Positions 25,171 through 37,609 of a DNA stretch of 64,000 nucleotides are shown one piece after another (the stretch's first letter is position 1; each line of letters starts with the position of its first letter). Under the pieces are notes generated by a model, which was not told where the DNA came from, searched no databases, and worked only from the letters and a program-made list of their open reading frames with translations. A program made the translations under genes and the position numbers. This DNA comes from Eledone cirrhosa (Eukaryota), in NCBI GenBank assembly GCA_964016885.1, contig OZ024741.1, forward strand, positions 298,158,001 to 298,222,000. The letters run 5' to 3'.

Positions 25171-25998
25171 TTAAGAATACCTTCCTTCCTCTTTCTCTCC
25201 CTCTACCAGTCTTACAAGCCCTGAAGGGTCAGGGGAACTCTCTGACTAAACATTAAACACTCAACTGTGAGTTCAGATCTTGCCAAAGTTGACTTTACCA
25301 ACCATTCCACCAGAATTGCTATAAAATAAATGTTAATAATGCACAGTTGTGATGGGATCACTCAGTTTACCTTACAAGCCTTAATCCTCCCCCTTGTTGT
25401 CGCCACCACCACCACCACCATCATCATCATTTAGCATGTTTTCTCTGCTAGCAATGGTTGAACAGGTTGTCACAGACCAAAGGGGTTGAATCTCACATAC
25501 AAACATTTCCACACTCTACAGAGTACACCAAGTGTATTTTATTGTGGAACCAATATTAGGGAGGGCATCATGTCTTTGACACAATTGCAGAGTCCTCTAA
25601 AAAAATTTACGTTGTGCTCCCACCCCAGCGTAGAGGTGCATGGCCTAGTGGTAAGGGTGTTGGACTTATGATCATAATGTCATAGGTTGCTCCAGTATAC
25701 TCAGCTGAAAATGAGTACCAGCAATACCTGGGGGGTTTAACTCTGTGATGGACTGGCATCTTGTCCAGTGGGGAGTCTTGTACTCTCAGTTACTTTATGC
25801 CACAAAACCAGGATAAGTACCAGGCTAATGAGTCTTCTGGCTTGAGACAGATTTTTAGACTTAGACTCCCACTCCAGCAATATTAAAAATGGAGAAATAT
25901 TTCATAAAATAAAAACTAATCCCCACCACCTCAGCAGCAGTAAAGAAACAACAACAATAACATTAACAACAACAACAACAACAACAGAAGTTAATCAC

Positions 25999-26216
25999 CT
26001 GTATCTTATTGCTGCCGAGATAGAGACGTTGTAAGTTGAGCAGTGGAGTTAATGCAGCTAGACTTGTCAGGCGGTTCTCTTCCATGTGTAACTCCAGAAG
26101 GTTCAGTTGACCAGAGAAGGATTGAGGAGTTAATATTCGAATTTTGTTAGCATCCAGGATTAACTCAGTGAGGTTTTTTAACTCTTCAATACTTTCAACT
26201 TTCGTGATTTCATTAC
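25999..26216 (-). CDS. LRRC9: LRRC9-like exon
   Basis: 218 nt, GNEITKVESIEELKNLTELILDANKI...LHMEENRLTSL...LYLGSNKIQ. Confidence 0.9.
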
Positions 26217-26725
26217 CTGAAATTTAGAAATAGAGTCGCTACAATGCAGATAACTACAATAATAGTTGATAACTCCAAATGATAGTTGAATAAATCGGAA
26301 AAAGTATCCCTGGAGATGAAAAAAATGGATAGCAATTCCTGCAGAGAATTTGACTATACATCTCTGATATGCTAGGCAAGTGTGTTTAACCATTATCCAA
26401 AAGGGCTTCTGGCTACTAATTGCTGTTTTAAAAGATTTAAGCTTGAAGCTGGAAGTGCAAATAAGATTTGGCTGACTCATAAAGCATTGGGAAATATGAA
26501 ATTTGGAAATATATTTTGCCACAATACAGATAATTATAATAATAATTGATAACTGTAAATAGTTGAACAAATAGATGAACAAATTAGGTACAGTACCCCT
26601 AGAGACAGAAAAAATGTTGATAGAGACACCTGTGGAGAACTGAAACATGCATCTCTCAAATGTTGTGTAAGAATTGAAAATCTGGAATATTCATCACAGT
26701 TATATCATAGTTATATTGGTAAATT

Positions 26726-27478
26726 TATAGAAAAACACCCCGCTCAATTTCAGTAGGAAATAATTATTTTTCCTAATTTTTTTTTCATGGGGTATCAAGT
26801 AATCTGATCTCCAAACAAGCTGAAATTGACTTTTTTCCTAGAGATCAGAAGAAATAAACAAGAGGACCCTCATATTTTTCCTCTTGTCATTGGAGTTTAT
26901 CTTTACCATTTGTTTTATTTTTTGTGTGTTATCAACCAATCTGACCTCTAAACCAGTCAGAAACCACAAGCTCTGTAGAAAAAGGAGAGGGAAAGGGGAG
27001 AAGAGCTTCAGAGATTCACAGATCTACACCCTTCTCTCGTTTGGAGGAAAATGTTTTTTCATAGGTTTTTTCACAAGTTATTAACGAATCTGACCTCCAC
27101 TAACCTTAACTGCTAACAGTAACACTAAACATAACCCTAACACTAACGCTAACCCTAATCCCTAAACCTAACTGAAACCCCTAATCCAAACCTCCAACCC
27201 TAACATTAACCCTAACCCCTAAACCTAATCTTAACCCCTAACCCTAGCAATTCCGACATTTATTAGAACAAAAGTTAACAAAAGATGAATAGTATAACAC
27301 ACGAAAAAAAAAAATTCTGGGGTTGGGAGAAAGTACAAAAGCCCACTCCTTCCTCTGTTTTCTGTGAAAAAGGTCCTTTGCAGCATGTTTGGAGGTCAGA
27401 TTAGTTGAGAGCATATGAAGGAAAAAAACAAGGAAAAATAATTATTTCTCACTGAAATTGAGAGGGTGTTTTTCTATA
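26726..27478. mobile_element. Non-autonomous TIR element with a degenerate (CCCTAA)n core at about 27100-27247
   Basis: TIR tatagaaaaacaccc.ctcaatttcagt..gaaataattatttttcc at both ends. Confidence 0.75.
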
Positions 27479-27486
27479 ATATTTTG

Positions 27487-27785
27487 GTTATATCATGGTA
27501 ATATAGTATTATCATGGTTTATATCATAGTTACATTATGATAATATCATGGTTATATCATGATTATATCATGGTTGTATCATGGTTATATCATGGTAATA
27601 TCATGGTTATATCATGGTAATATCAGGATACTATCATGGTTATATCACAGTTATATTATGGTAACATCATGTTATATCATATCATCATGGTAACATCATG
27701 GTAATATCATAGTCATAGCATAGTAATATGGTTATATCAATAATATCATGGCAATATTATGGTTATGTCACACTTATATTATGGT
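27487..27785 (+). repeat. About 12-bp minisatellite (tatatcatggtt-like)
   Basis: Direct tandem units. Confidence 0.85.
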
Positions 27786-28025
27786 ATTTAGAAGACAGTG
27801 ATTGATAAATTTTTAGTAGCAGTTAATAAACTGAAAACTTGATTGAAATTTTATGTTATATTTTGTCAGTGTGCAAATTGCATAATATTTAATTTTAAGG
27901 ATAAGAAAAATAAAACAATGTACACACACACTTACTCTATCTCTCATACACACACATAAACAAATATGTACACAAAAACACATATATACACTTGAGATGA
28001 GCAGCCTGAAGTATGTAAGACTGAC

Positions 28026-28099
28026 CTTGTAAGAAAAGTGCTCGGAGAGATGGTAGGTGGAACAGCTGTAGTTGTGTTAAACTTTTTATTTCATTGTAC
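28026..28099 (-). CDS. LRRC9: LRRC9-like exon
   Basis: 74 nt, GYNEIKSLTQLQLFHLPSLRALFLQG. Confidence 0.9.
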
Positions 28100-28562
28100 C
28101 TGTGATGAGATTATAAGGTAAAGTAAAGGTGTTAGGAGAATGTTGTCATACTAGTTAAGATTTGTGTTTGAATGAAACATGATTTCTATTAAAAGCTTCT
28201 ATTGATTTTCAAAGGTAGCTAATCAGTATTAGGTGAGCTCAACCAATCATTCAACAATTCCAAACAAACCACAAGCCGAAGTCTCGCTGATTTTTTTTTA
28301 CCTCTCACTCTCATAAAATGCTTAATGTATCTCTCCATGAACATAAAACCCAACACCATCACAAAAGCTTTATCTTACAAACTCTCTGGAATTACTCATC
28401 TACACACACAATTACCCATGTCTATTGACTTTTATTTGGGAGAGGAGTGAATTAGTAGTTGGGACTTTCTTATTTTTCCAAAAGTTATTTGTAAAGTAAA
28501 TGGAAACACTCTAATTGGGAAATCATATCACATATTGAGTTCATCAGTTCATGAGGCACTTA

Positions 28563-28903
28563 CAGTGGAACCCTGGTTTATGAATACCTCTATCATGAAC
28601 AAATCAGTTTATGAACAATTTTTCTGAACATAAAACATCTCACTTCATGAACGGTGTCTTGTGTAACGAACAAACAAGCCAGCAACAACAGTTGGTGACA
28701 AGCAGGGAGTATTGGTGGGAAAACGTCACTTACTGTAGAGTTATTTACTATGGTGATATCTATCTGTCTTTCACAAACAGTCTCTTTCTTACTATATTTC
28801 TCTCTCAACACTTTGTATGGGAAAAATAGTTTCAGTTTACGAATATTTCAGGTGATGAGCAGCCTTCAGGAACGAATTAAGTTTGTGAACCAAGGTTCCA
28901 CTG
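28563..28903. mobile_element. Tigger/pogo-type MITE
   Basis: TA-CAGTGGAACCCTGGTTTATGAA ... TTTGTGAACCAAGGTTCCACTG-TA. Confidence 0.85.
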
Positions 28904-28991
28904 TATATATAAATTATTGTGCTCACCACAAAATCCTGATAAATATGTGATATAAAGAAAAAATTGAAACCTAAAATCAAAGAAAGCTCAC

Positions 28992-29158
28992 CCAAGATGT
29001 AAAATTTCTAATTTCTTCAGATATGTTTGATCTTCAAGATTGTTTGAAAAGCTTCCACATATTTCTTCATCATCAGTTTTTGGTTTTGATTTCATTTGAC
29101 TTTGTTTGATTGCAGGAGATATAATACACTCCACCCTGTTGTTGTTTAGGCACAATAC
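28992..29158 (-). CDS. LRRC9: LRRC9-like exon
   Basis: 167 nt, VLCLNNNRVECII...LKKLEILHLG, gtgagc donor. Confidence 0.9.
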
Positions 29159-32100
29159 CTGTTGGTTGATAACACCGAATATAACACAAGAGACAAGTAA
29201 TCTGAACCCAAAATAGAGCAGCTTTTAGTGTAGTGGTTGCCAAACTTTTTTTTTTCACTTGTGGCACACTTTAAAACTGAAACAAATACTTTAGTGCACC
29301 TTGTACAGGATGTATTAAAACATTGTCTTTATATATTTTAGTCAATAAATGATGAATCCTTAATTGGTTTTAATGATGAGCCTTTTATTGTTCACTCATC
29401 CCAACCCAGCCAAAACCAGCTCTGGTTCTATGAAATAAACCCACCCATTTTAAAGATATCCAATTTAAATTAAAAGCTTCCAACATTTTATATAAAAACC
29501 TTACATTAAGTTACTATCTTAGTAATGAAATAATTAATAATTTTAGCAAATCCCTCAAAATTCTTCATTAAATAATAAAAATACAGTGTATTTCATTAGA
29601 TAAGGTGGTGATTTGTTAGAATGTCGGATAGAATGCTTTATGGTATTCGTTTCGGCTTTCTGATCTCAGAGTTCAAATCCCGCCAAGGTCAACTTTGTCT
29701 TTCATCCTTTCGAGGTTGATAAAAAAATTGCCAGTCTAGTAGTGGGGTCGATTCTTCCTCTATATCTCTTTCTCACATTCTATCTTTCTCTGTAAAAAAT
29801 CTCCCTCAAATCACATCCTTCTCTCTTAAAAAGGGAAGGAGTTATATATATCCAGGATAAAGTAACCACAGATATACTATCCCTTAAAAAATAGACAAAA
29901 ATATCACATCTTGAACATCTTTGATTACAGGTCTGCTCAACTGGGCCTAACCTGAGACTAAACAACAACAGCAACAGGAAAACTGAACAGTGCTGTTGCT
30001 ACTACTGCTAAATGGTCATCCCCAATATTCTCACTCTTCTCAAACTTTTTATCCCTTTCACTGTCATATTATCATCAACACTAGCACCAGTATCATCACA
30101 ACCACCACTACTACAACAACCACCACCTGTTTGATTAGATAACTACATTATCTGATAAGAGAGCCCTTTCTCTTTATGATTGTAATGTGTAATTTGGCTG
30201 CTACTGCTTGCAGGTCCAGGAACAATGTAGGGACTCCATTGTTAGCTCATTGTTGGTCTCAGTGTTAATATGGTAATGATTATGGCAATGGTGACGAGGA
30301 AAAGTGCTATTATTTGATAGCTTTGGATATTAAATTACCAAATGCTCTCTTCTTCAAGTCTAACCTGGTTAACAGAAAAAATTTGGATCTGTATGTCTTG
30401 ACCAAGTACATAACACAATATCTCTGATACAGTTTATATGCATTTTCTTTTCTTTATAATCTTATATAAAAATAAAACCTTTCACTATTTGTGCAGACCA
30501 CACAAGTCAACAATAGAACCTCTATGTGGCTATTCAACCTGCTAAAAATACCTGGCTCTTTTAAAGAAGAAAGGAGAAGGACAGATTAGATAATGTGTCT
30601 GCCTGTCTATGTGTGAAAACAAAACCCAAGATGGAATGTCACTGATCATAGGTCAGTTCTGTCAAGGATGATCTGGGGTTAAACATCAGCAACACAAAAA
30701 TGTTTAATCCTTATGTGGTCACTCAATGGGATAACAATAGCATCAATTCTCCCTCAAATTACTCTCCACCACCTTAAAAAAAAGGAATGACACATAAATA
30801 ATGTAGACTTTGATACAACATGTCTGAAAATAAAAGATGGGATAATCATAGTTTTACTACCTAAGGTAATAGGTGTACTCAATCAGGGCTGTTCTGGTGC
30901 TAAAATAACAACAATAAGAAAACCTTTAAAAAATAGATGTATAACAGTAAAACATTCACCAAATTTGATGGGTTCACAATTATTAAGAAAATAATGAAGC
31001 AAATAAAGAAAATCAAATTAAAGAAACAATGTTCTTTAACTCCAAGCCAGCCTTGAATGAGCAGACCCATGCTCAAACATAATCAAACCTGTGCATCATC
31101 TCATGTGTTCATCCATTTTTCAGTTTAACACACTCATCTGACTCTTGGGCACATTTAACAAAGTCTACCCTGACATAAGAAGAGAGTCTCTGGCCTGAGG
31201 GAAAATTCCCTCTTTCCTTTTATCAGTCCCAGAGACTCTGAGAAGGGTCATGAGCACAGCTCTTACTCTTCCACTAAAATCATGGGAAAAAAAAAAGAAG
31301 ATAATATGGTGTGATTTGAAGGAGATTTGACCGCTATTTCTAGCAGACTAAGCAACCATGTGATGATTTCTTCATTGATTCATTTGTGTATGTTTTTATT
31401 ATCAAAAACATTTCAGTTGTAACCAATCTGAACATTTTGGTTTAGATACAATACCTCTAGGACAACATTATATAATGCAGAGGTTCCTAGTCTGGTGTCT
31501 GTGGACATCTAGGATGTCAGTAAAGGTAATACTGGGAGTTCTGGGAGTAAGTAAAACATTTCAAGAACTTTAAAATCTGAAAACATAGTCATCACAATGC
31601 AGATGCTGTATTTCCTGGTGCCGAAAACGCTTCGTCCTTGAGGACGCACCTTAATTTTGACAACCAAAAAAAAAAAAAAAATAATAATAAACAACCTTCG
31701 GCCTCCAGGACGCATGGTAGATTTTTTAGATTTATTTTAGGAAAAAAGTAGCATTTTCAATGCCAGGAATTATGGTAACTATAATAATGGTTTCTGATTT
31801 AGGCCCAAGGTCAACAATTTTTGAGGAAAGGCAAAGTCAATTAAATCAACCCCAGTGTATTACTGGTACTTTATTTTATCAACCCTGTAATGATGAAAGG
31901 CAAAGAAAACCTCAGGGAGGTAACTATAATAATAGTTGGAAACCATAAATTATGGTTATTAACTATTATTATACTTATCTGCATTATGGAGGCTATATTT
32001 TCAAATTTCAAATTCTCAATGCTTTGTAAATTAACTACGATTTTCAAGAACTTTGTTAAAATCATAATATGCACATATTATTTGGTATCCATTCTTCTCT

Positions 32101-32718
32101 AAGTGTAAACACGTCTTACTTTTGATTGTCATTCTTGTCATATAACAATTTGAGAGAGGAGTAATTGTGGAGTGGTGGTAATGTCTGTGGGAAAATTCTT
32201 TTAAATATAAGGGGTCATTAGTAGTGAAAAGAATGAACTGATCTAATGCATTCCTTATTATTAAGGTAGTATAGGCTTATTTGAGATAAATTTGGCTGGT
32301 ATTTAAAAAACATTTTGTTGAATGACTGTATAGCAGCTCTCTTATTGGCTTATGTAGCCACATTGCTTGTTCATACAAGAAATGTATTTTATTGTTGCTA
32401 GTAGTTGTCTGTGCTGGTACAGACATGTCCTTTGCCTGCCACCAGATCATCCTTCCAGGGCCTTACTCTTGTTTCATACAGCAGCTACAGGCTGGCCACT
32501 AGGCAGGCCCCAAACCAGATGGCTGGATGTGATCAAGGAAGATCTCCAGGATTTCAGAATCACCTTGGAGGATGCAGAGGGTCTGGCATGGGACCACCAG
32601 CAATGGTGGGCACTGGTGGACCTGGTTGGCTCTATGCATGATGATGCCTTTGGGATCACTGACTTAGGATTACTCCAGTCTAATCGAATAAGTTCAAGAA
32701 GAAGAGTAGTTGTCTTAC

Positions 32719-32782
32719 CTTCAGGTTATCTAGATAGATTAGACCACAGAGGGAAGTCAAACAATTGTTTTCAAGGTTGACA
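32719..32782 (-). CDS. LRRC9: LRRC9-like exon
   Basis: 64 nt, SVNLENNCLTSLCGLIYLDNLK; phase matches neighbours. Confidence 0.9.
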
Positions 32783-33274
32783 CTGTTAAAGAAAAAAACA
32801 TGTATGTATAGATAGATATAGATATTTAGATAGATATAAATATAGATATTGTGTACTATTTTCCCTATATTATTACCCCCTCCGAGGTTAACTTTGCCTT
32901 TCATCCTTACGGGAGTCGATAAAATAAAGTACCAGTAATGTACTGAGTAATTGCTGGCCTTGTGCCAAAAGTAGAAACAATTATTACCACTTATGGGCTA
33001 GCATATGTATAATATCATCATTTTTGATGATGTTACACACACACACATGTATATACAATGGATAAATAGATATAGGTAGGTGGGTGGGTATATAAAATTG
33101 TTTTAATTTAGGCAGAAAGCCAGCAATTTGTGGGGCAGGGAAAGTCAAATTAAATCAACCCCAGTACATGACTGGTGCATTATTTTATTGACCTTGGAAG
33201 AATGAAAGCAAAGTTGACCTCAGTATGATTCCAACTCAAAAGATAAAGAGTTGTAACTAAATATAAATGATCTG

Positions 33275-33612
33275 GTCTGGTGCTCCACCAATTCTGCCAA
33301 TACCCCACCATTTTGTCTGGTGCTCTACCAATTCTGCCAATACCCCACCATTTTGTCTGGTGCTCTACCAATTCTGCCAATACCCCACCATTTTGTCTGG
33401 TGCTCTACCAATTCTGCCAATACCTCACCATTTTGACTGGTGCTCTACCAAAATCCCACCATTTTGTCTGGTACTCTACCAGTTCTATTAACACCCTACC
33501 ATTTTGTCTGGTGTTCTACCAATACCTCACCATTTTGTCTGGTGCTCGACCAATTCTGCCAATACCCCACCGTTTTGTCTGGTGCTCTACCAATTCTGCC
33601 AAAATCCCACCC
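33275..33612 (-). repeat. 40-bp tandem repeat (about 8 units) derived from a SINE tRNA-like head
   Basis: ttttgtctggtgctctaccaattctgccaataccccacca units adjoining the SINE body at 33100-33260. Confidence 0.85.
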
Positions 33613-33831
33613 AATGAGTATAAAATGAAGGCATAAAAAGTAAAAGTAAATTGTAGCTGTTTTATTGGTTGACAAACTGAAGCAAAAATTGCAATTCAAT
33701 ATTGTTTTGGTGAAAAGTAAACTGTTTTTAAAGTGAGAACTTTATGATGATGATGATGGAATAAGGTTCAAGGGGGAGTCTTAAAATCCATGCAGTGAAT
33801 TGAGTGTGTATGTGTGAGGTAAGGCAGTTAC

Positions 33832-34004
33832 CTGGTCAAGTTATTGAGGACATCAGTAAAACCAAGTACTACTGTACGTATATTAGAATTGGGTAAGTTT
33901 AGTTCCTTTAGTTCACTGTTAAATGGACCCAAACGTTCAGTGATCAAATCCAGAGTGAGGCAGCCTCCAAAAATTTCCTTTGCGGCAGCCACCTGTGCAG
34001 GTTC
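33832..34004 (-). CDS. LRRC9: LRRC9-like exon
   Basis: 173 nt, EPAQVAAAKEIFGGCLTLDLITERLG...NSNIRTV; resembles the LRRC9 AKDLFGGRLTSD segment (from memory). Confidence 0.9.
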
Positions 34005-34667
34005 CTAATAATTAATTAAAGAAGAAAAAGCAAAAGAAAACTGAAAAAAAAACAAAGCAAAAACAACCCCACCCCGACACCCTCCACAAAACAAACAACA
34101 AAACACCCCAAATGAAACCTAAAGAACAAATTAATACATCAATAAAATATGTGATGCTGACTTTATAATAACAGTTTAACAACAAAGGAGACTTAATCGT
34201 TTAGCATTTAAACCAGCCATATCCAGCCAGAATTCTCTCACCACCTTCTGTTCAAGCTGGATGTAATCGGCTGCTCATACTGATGTTAAGGTATTGTTCT
34301 CAAAATAAATAATATCAGAATCTCATAGATTCAATATTATGTGAGATAATTATATGAGGTAATGCCTTTACCACAAAAATTTAATATACTAGACCACCAC
34401 TTCAAAATATTAAAAAAAAATTATGTTCACTTAAAAATAATTTTTAAATAATTAAAATATACACAGGCATGTATATAATGTGAAATGAAACTGGCAGGCC
34501 CATGTATATATATACATGTGTGTATGTATATATATAAATGTGTGTGTTTGTATATATATATATATATATATGTGTGTGTATATATATATATGTGGGTGTT
34601 TGTGATCTATATACACTGATCATAGACACACACACACTCACATTTATATATACACAACAACACCACT

Positions 34668-34711
<44 letters not shown>

Positions 34712-36051
34712 CTTCTTCTCTGTCTCCTTCTCTCTATCCATATCTTGGGAACCTGTGGTCTGATTTACGCAAAACTTGTTTTATTACATTTGTATTCCCA
34801 TTTTCAGGGGCAACTTTCTTTCAAAGTATTTCCCCATTATGCGCCATTTTGTATTTCATTACAGACAAGCAAGCAAGCAATCACAGACTTCTAGTAATAT
34901 AGTAGACTACCCATGACCCGTTGGGTCACGTTCACTTCAAAATATTAAAAAAAAATCAATTTTGCTTAAAAATAATTTTTACATAATTAAAATATACACA
35001 GACATCTTAACTATAATAAAGAAAGGAGTGCAGGACTGCATCCAGAATATAATTTTTTTAAAGTTGGATTACTTTGAATAAATAATTGTTTCTACTTTAG
35101 GCACAAGGCCAGCAATTACGCAGTACATTACTGGTACTTTATTTTTATCGACTCCCGTAAGGATGAAAGGCAAAGTTAACCTCGGCGGGATTTGAACTCA
35201 GACTGTAAAGGGACGTAACTATGCTAGAAAGCATAGCGTACAACCCTCTACCGATACTGCCAAAATGAATGAATATTACATAATTTATCTACTAAATTTT
35301 GTAACACATGATTAAACATTTATTAAAAATATTATTGCATAGTTCAAGACTCACTTCTTTTAAAAGATTCAAATTTTAATACTTCTGGTATATCTATACT
35401 ATATATATAGAGAGAGAGTGAAAGAGAAAGATGAAGCGATTTGGATTTTTTCCAACACGCTGATGTGTGTGCGTGTGCATGTGTGTATGTTGTTGTTCTT
35501 TGATTTTATAAAATTGCTAGAGCGAGAAAGAGAGATTGTATGTGTGAGTATATAAAGAGAGTAGTGACTGTGACATATATATATATATATATATTGTAAC
35601 TATAATTGCGCAAACACAAACTATAAAAATAAACGCTCACGGACATACATTCACACAAATACACATACTTTCACGCATATACATTTACACAAACACACAT
35701 ATACATTTACACAAACACACACATACAGTCATGATAGCAATGTTCGGTTAATTGGAAACAGGAGGGTGAAACAAGTATAATGTTTTATTTATTTATTAAC
35801 AACACAGTTAAACTCTTTTTTTTAAAACTCATTTGTATAAACATTTAATATAATGGTTACAGAACGAAAACACTAACAATATAATATATACAAAGGAAAG
35901 GGAAAGGGAAAAGAGAAAGAGGAAAATATACACAAGCATATAAAACCCACATCTTAGACCACATCAACAAAAGGCAGGTGAAAGGGATGGACAAACGAGA
36001 CGCTACCAGAGCAAAAGATAGCAATATAGCAAGGAGCACTGGGAAACCTCT

Positions 36052-36500
36052 CTAATAATTTTTGAGATAAGCTAGCATGCTCACAGCGTTACCTAGGGTG
36101 ATGGCGAGGCTAAGGTGCTTGAACAAACAAGTGCCTTCACGAGCATCACCAGTTACCTTTGTTTGGCGAGCCACCATTGAAGATAAGAACCTCACTGTCA
36201 GTCGCCAGATTCCCCCAAACGTCTCAAACGCCACAGGCTGGATAATGTAGTAAGTTGAGAGAACACGGTATTTTAGGATTTTGTTCCATTCAGCTGCAGA
36301 TGCTGTAGCTCTCACCCTTACTGCTGCATCCAGGATGTGGGAAGAAGCAAGTGTCACTAACTGTGGCGCCCCAGGTAATGCACCTGCTGCTTGACCAGGA
36401 GCACAGAGTAAGACCGTCAAGTCTTTTCCCATCAATTCTGGACAACCCAGACGGTTCCAAAATTGAGGGGATATTTGTCCGGGCCAAAGCTTTTAAGTGG
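36052..36500 (-). mobile_element. CRE-like LINE endonuclease fragment, second copy
   Basis: NIPSILEPSGLSRIDGKRLDG...TWGATVSDT; QPVAFETFG...LSLAITLGNA. Confidence 0.75.
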
Positions 36501-37609
36501 TAATAGGACAGTGTGTGTATGTGCACGCTCGTGATTTTGTCGGCGTTCTTAAATTAGAGACGTGTGTGTCACTGTTTTTAAGTTAGAGACATATATGTGT
36601 GTATCCCTATCCTTCCTTTTACACACATACATTCACACAAACACATATACACATTGTGTGATGGACGAGTAGACAGGAGTCCCTCAAATTTATATACATG
36701 TGAATGGAGTTCAACTGAAGCAGTTAGAGAGGTTCAAGTATCTTGGAGCCGTGTTCATGAGTGATGGAATGCAGGAGGGTGAATTAAGTGTAAGAATTGC
36801 AAAAGCTGATGCAGTAATGCGCCAGCCTCAGCAATCAGATGAAGCGGAGTAGGTGTAAAAGCCAAACTCGCTGTCTTCCTGGTATTCCTGCCAACTCTTA
36901 CCGAGGATCATGAATCTTGAGTAATGACCAAAAGAATACAATTGCAAATAAAAGCAGCAGAAATGGGATTCCTCCAAAGTGTCTTTGGAGTAACGTTACT
37001 CGATAAAGTGCATAGTTCAGAGATCAGAGAGTCACTCCTGATAGAGCCGCTACTTCTCCGAATTGTGAGATCACTACTCCGATATTATGAGCATGTGGTT
37101 AGAATGTCTCAGTAAAGAATCGCTGGATACATTTTACAGGCAAAACCAACCGGCAAGAGACCCAGAGGTAGACCCTGAGCAAGATAGCTGGATAACATCC
37201 ATGAGCTTGGCTGATCACATTTTGGGATCAGTTATAGATGTTTGCTACTGACAGACTAGCTGGAAGGAGTGTTTGAGAAGGACTCTGCCCCCACGACCCT
37301 CTCAGAAATAAGTTATGAAGAAGATATTGTTGATTTACTTTTCAATTTACATATATATATTTGCGTATAATACCAATATGCACACTACATATGCTAGCAG
37401 AAAACTGCCCGCAGCCGGTTTCTCTACTAATGTATATAATGTGAAATGAAACTGGAAGGCCCATATATATATGTGTGTGTATGTATATATATAAACGTGT
37501 GTGTGTGTGTATACATATATATATATATATGTGTGTGTATATGTATATATATAAATGTGGGTGTCTATGATCTAAATATACTGGTCATAGACACACACAC
37601 ACACTCACA

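Noticed and set aside
27100-27247. True telomere
   Set aside because: Degenerate, short and internal to a TIR element within an intron
30338-30413. Possible extra LRRC9 exon
   Set aside because: Exons 32719-32782 and 28992-29158 join in phase and match the expected LRR continuity without it
35355-35393. Minus-strand gtgagt donor suggesting a small exon
   Set aside because: In-frame stop with either nearby acceptor; no LRR similarity
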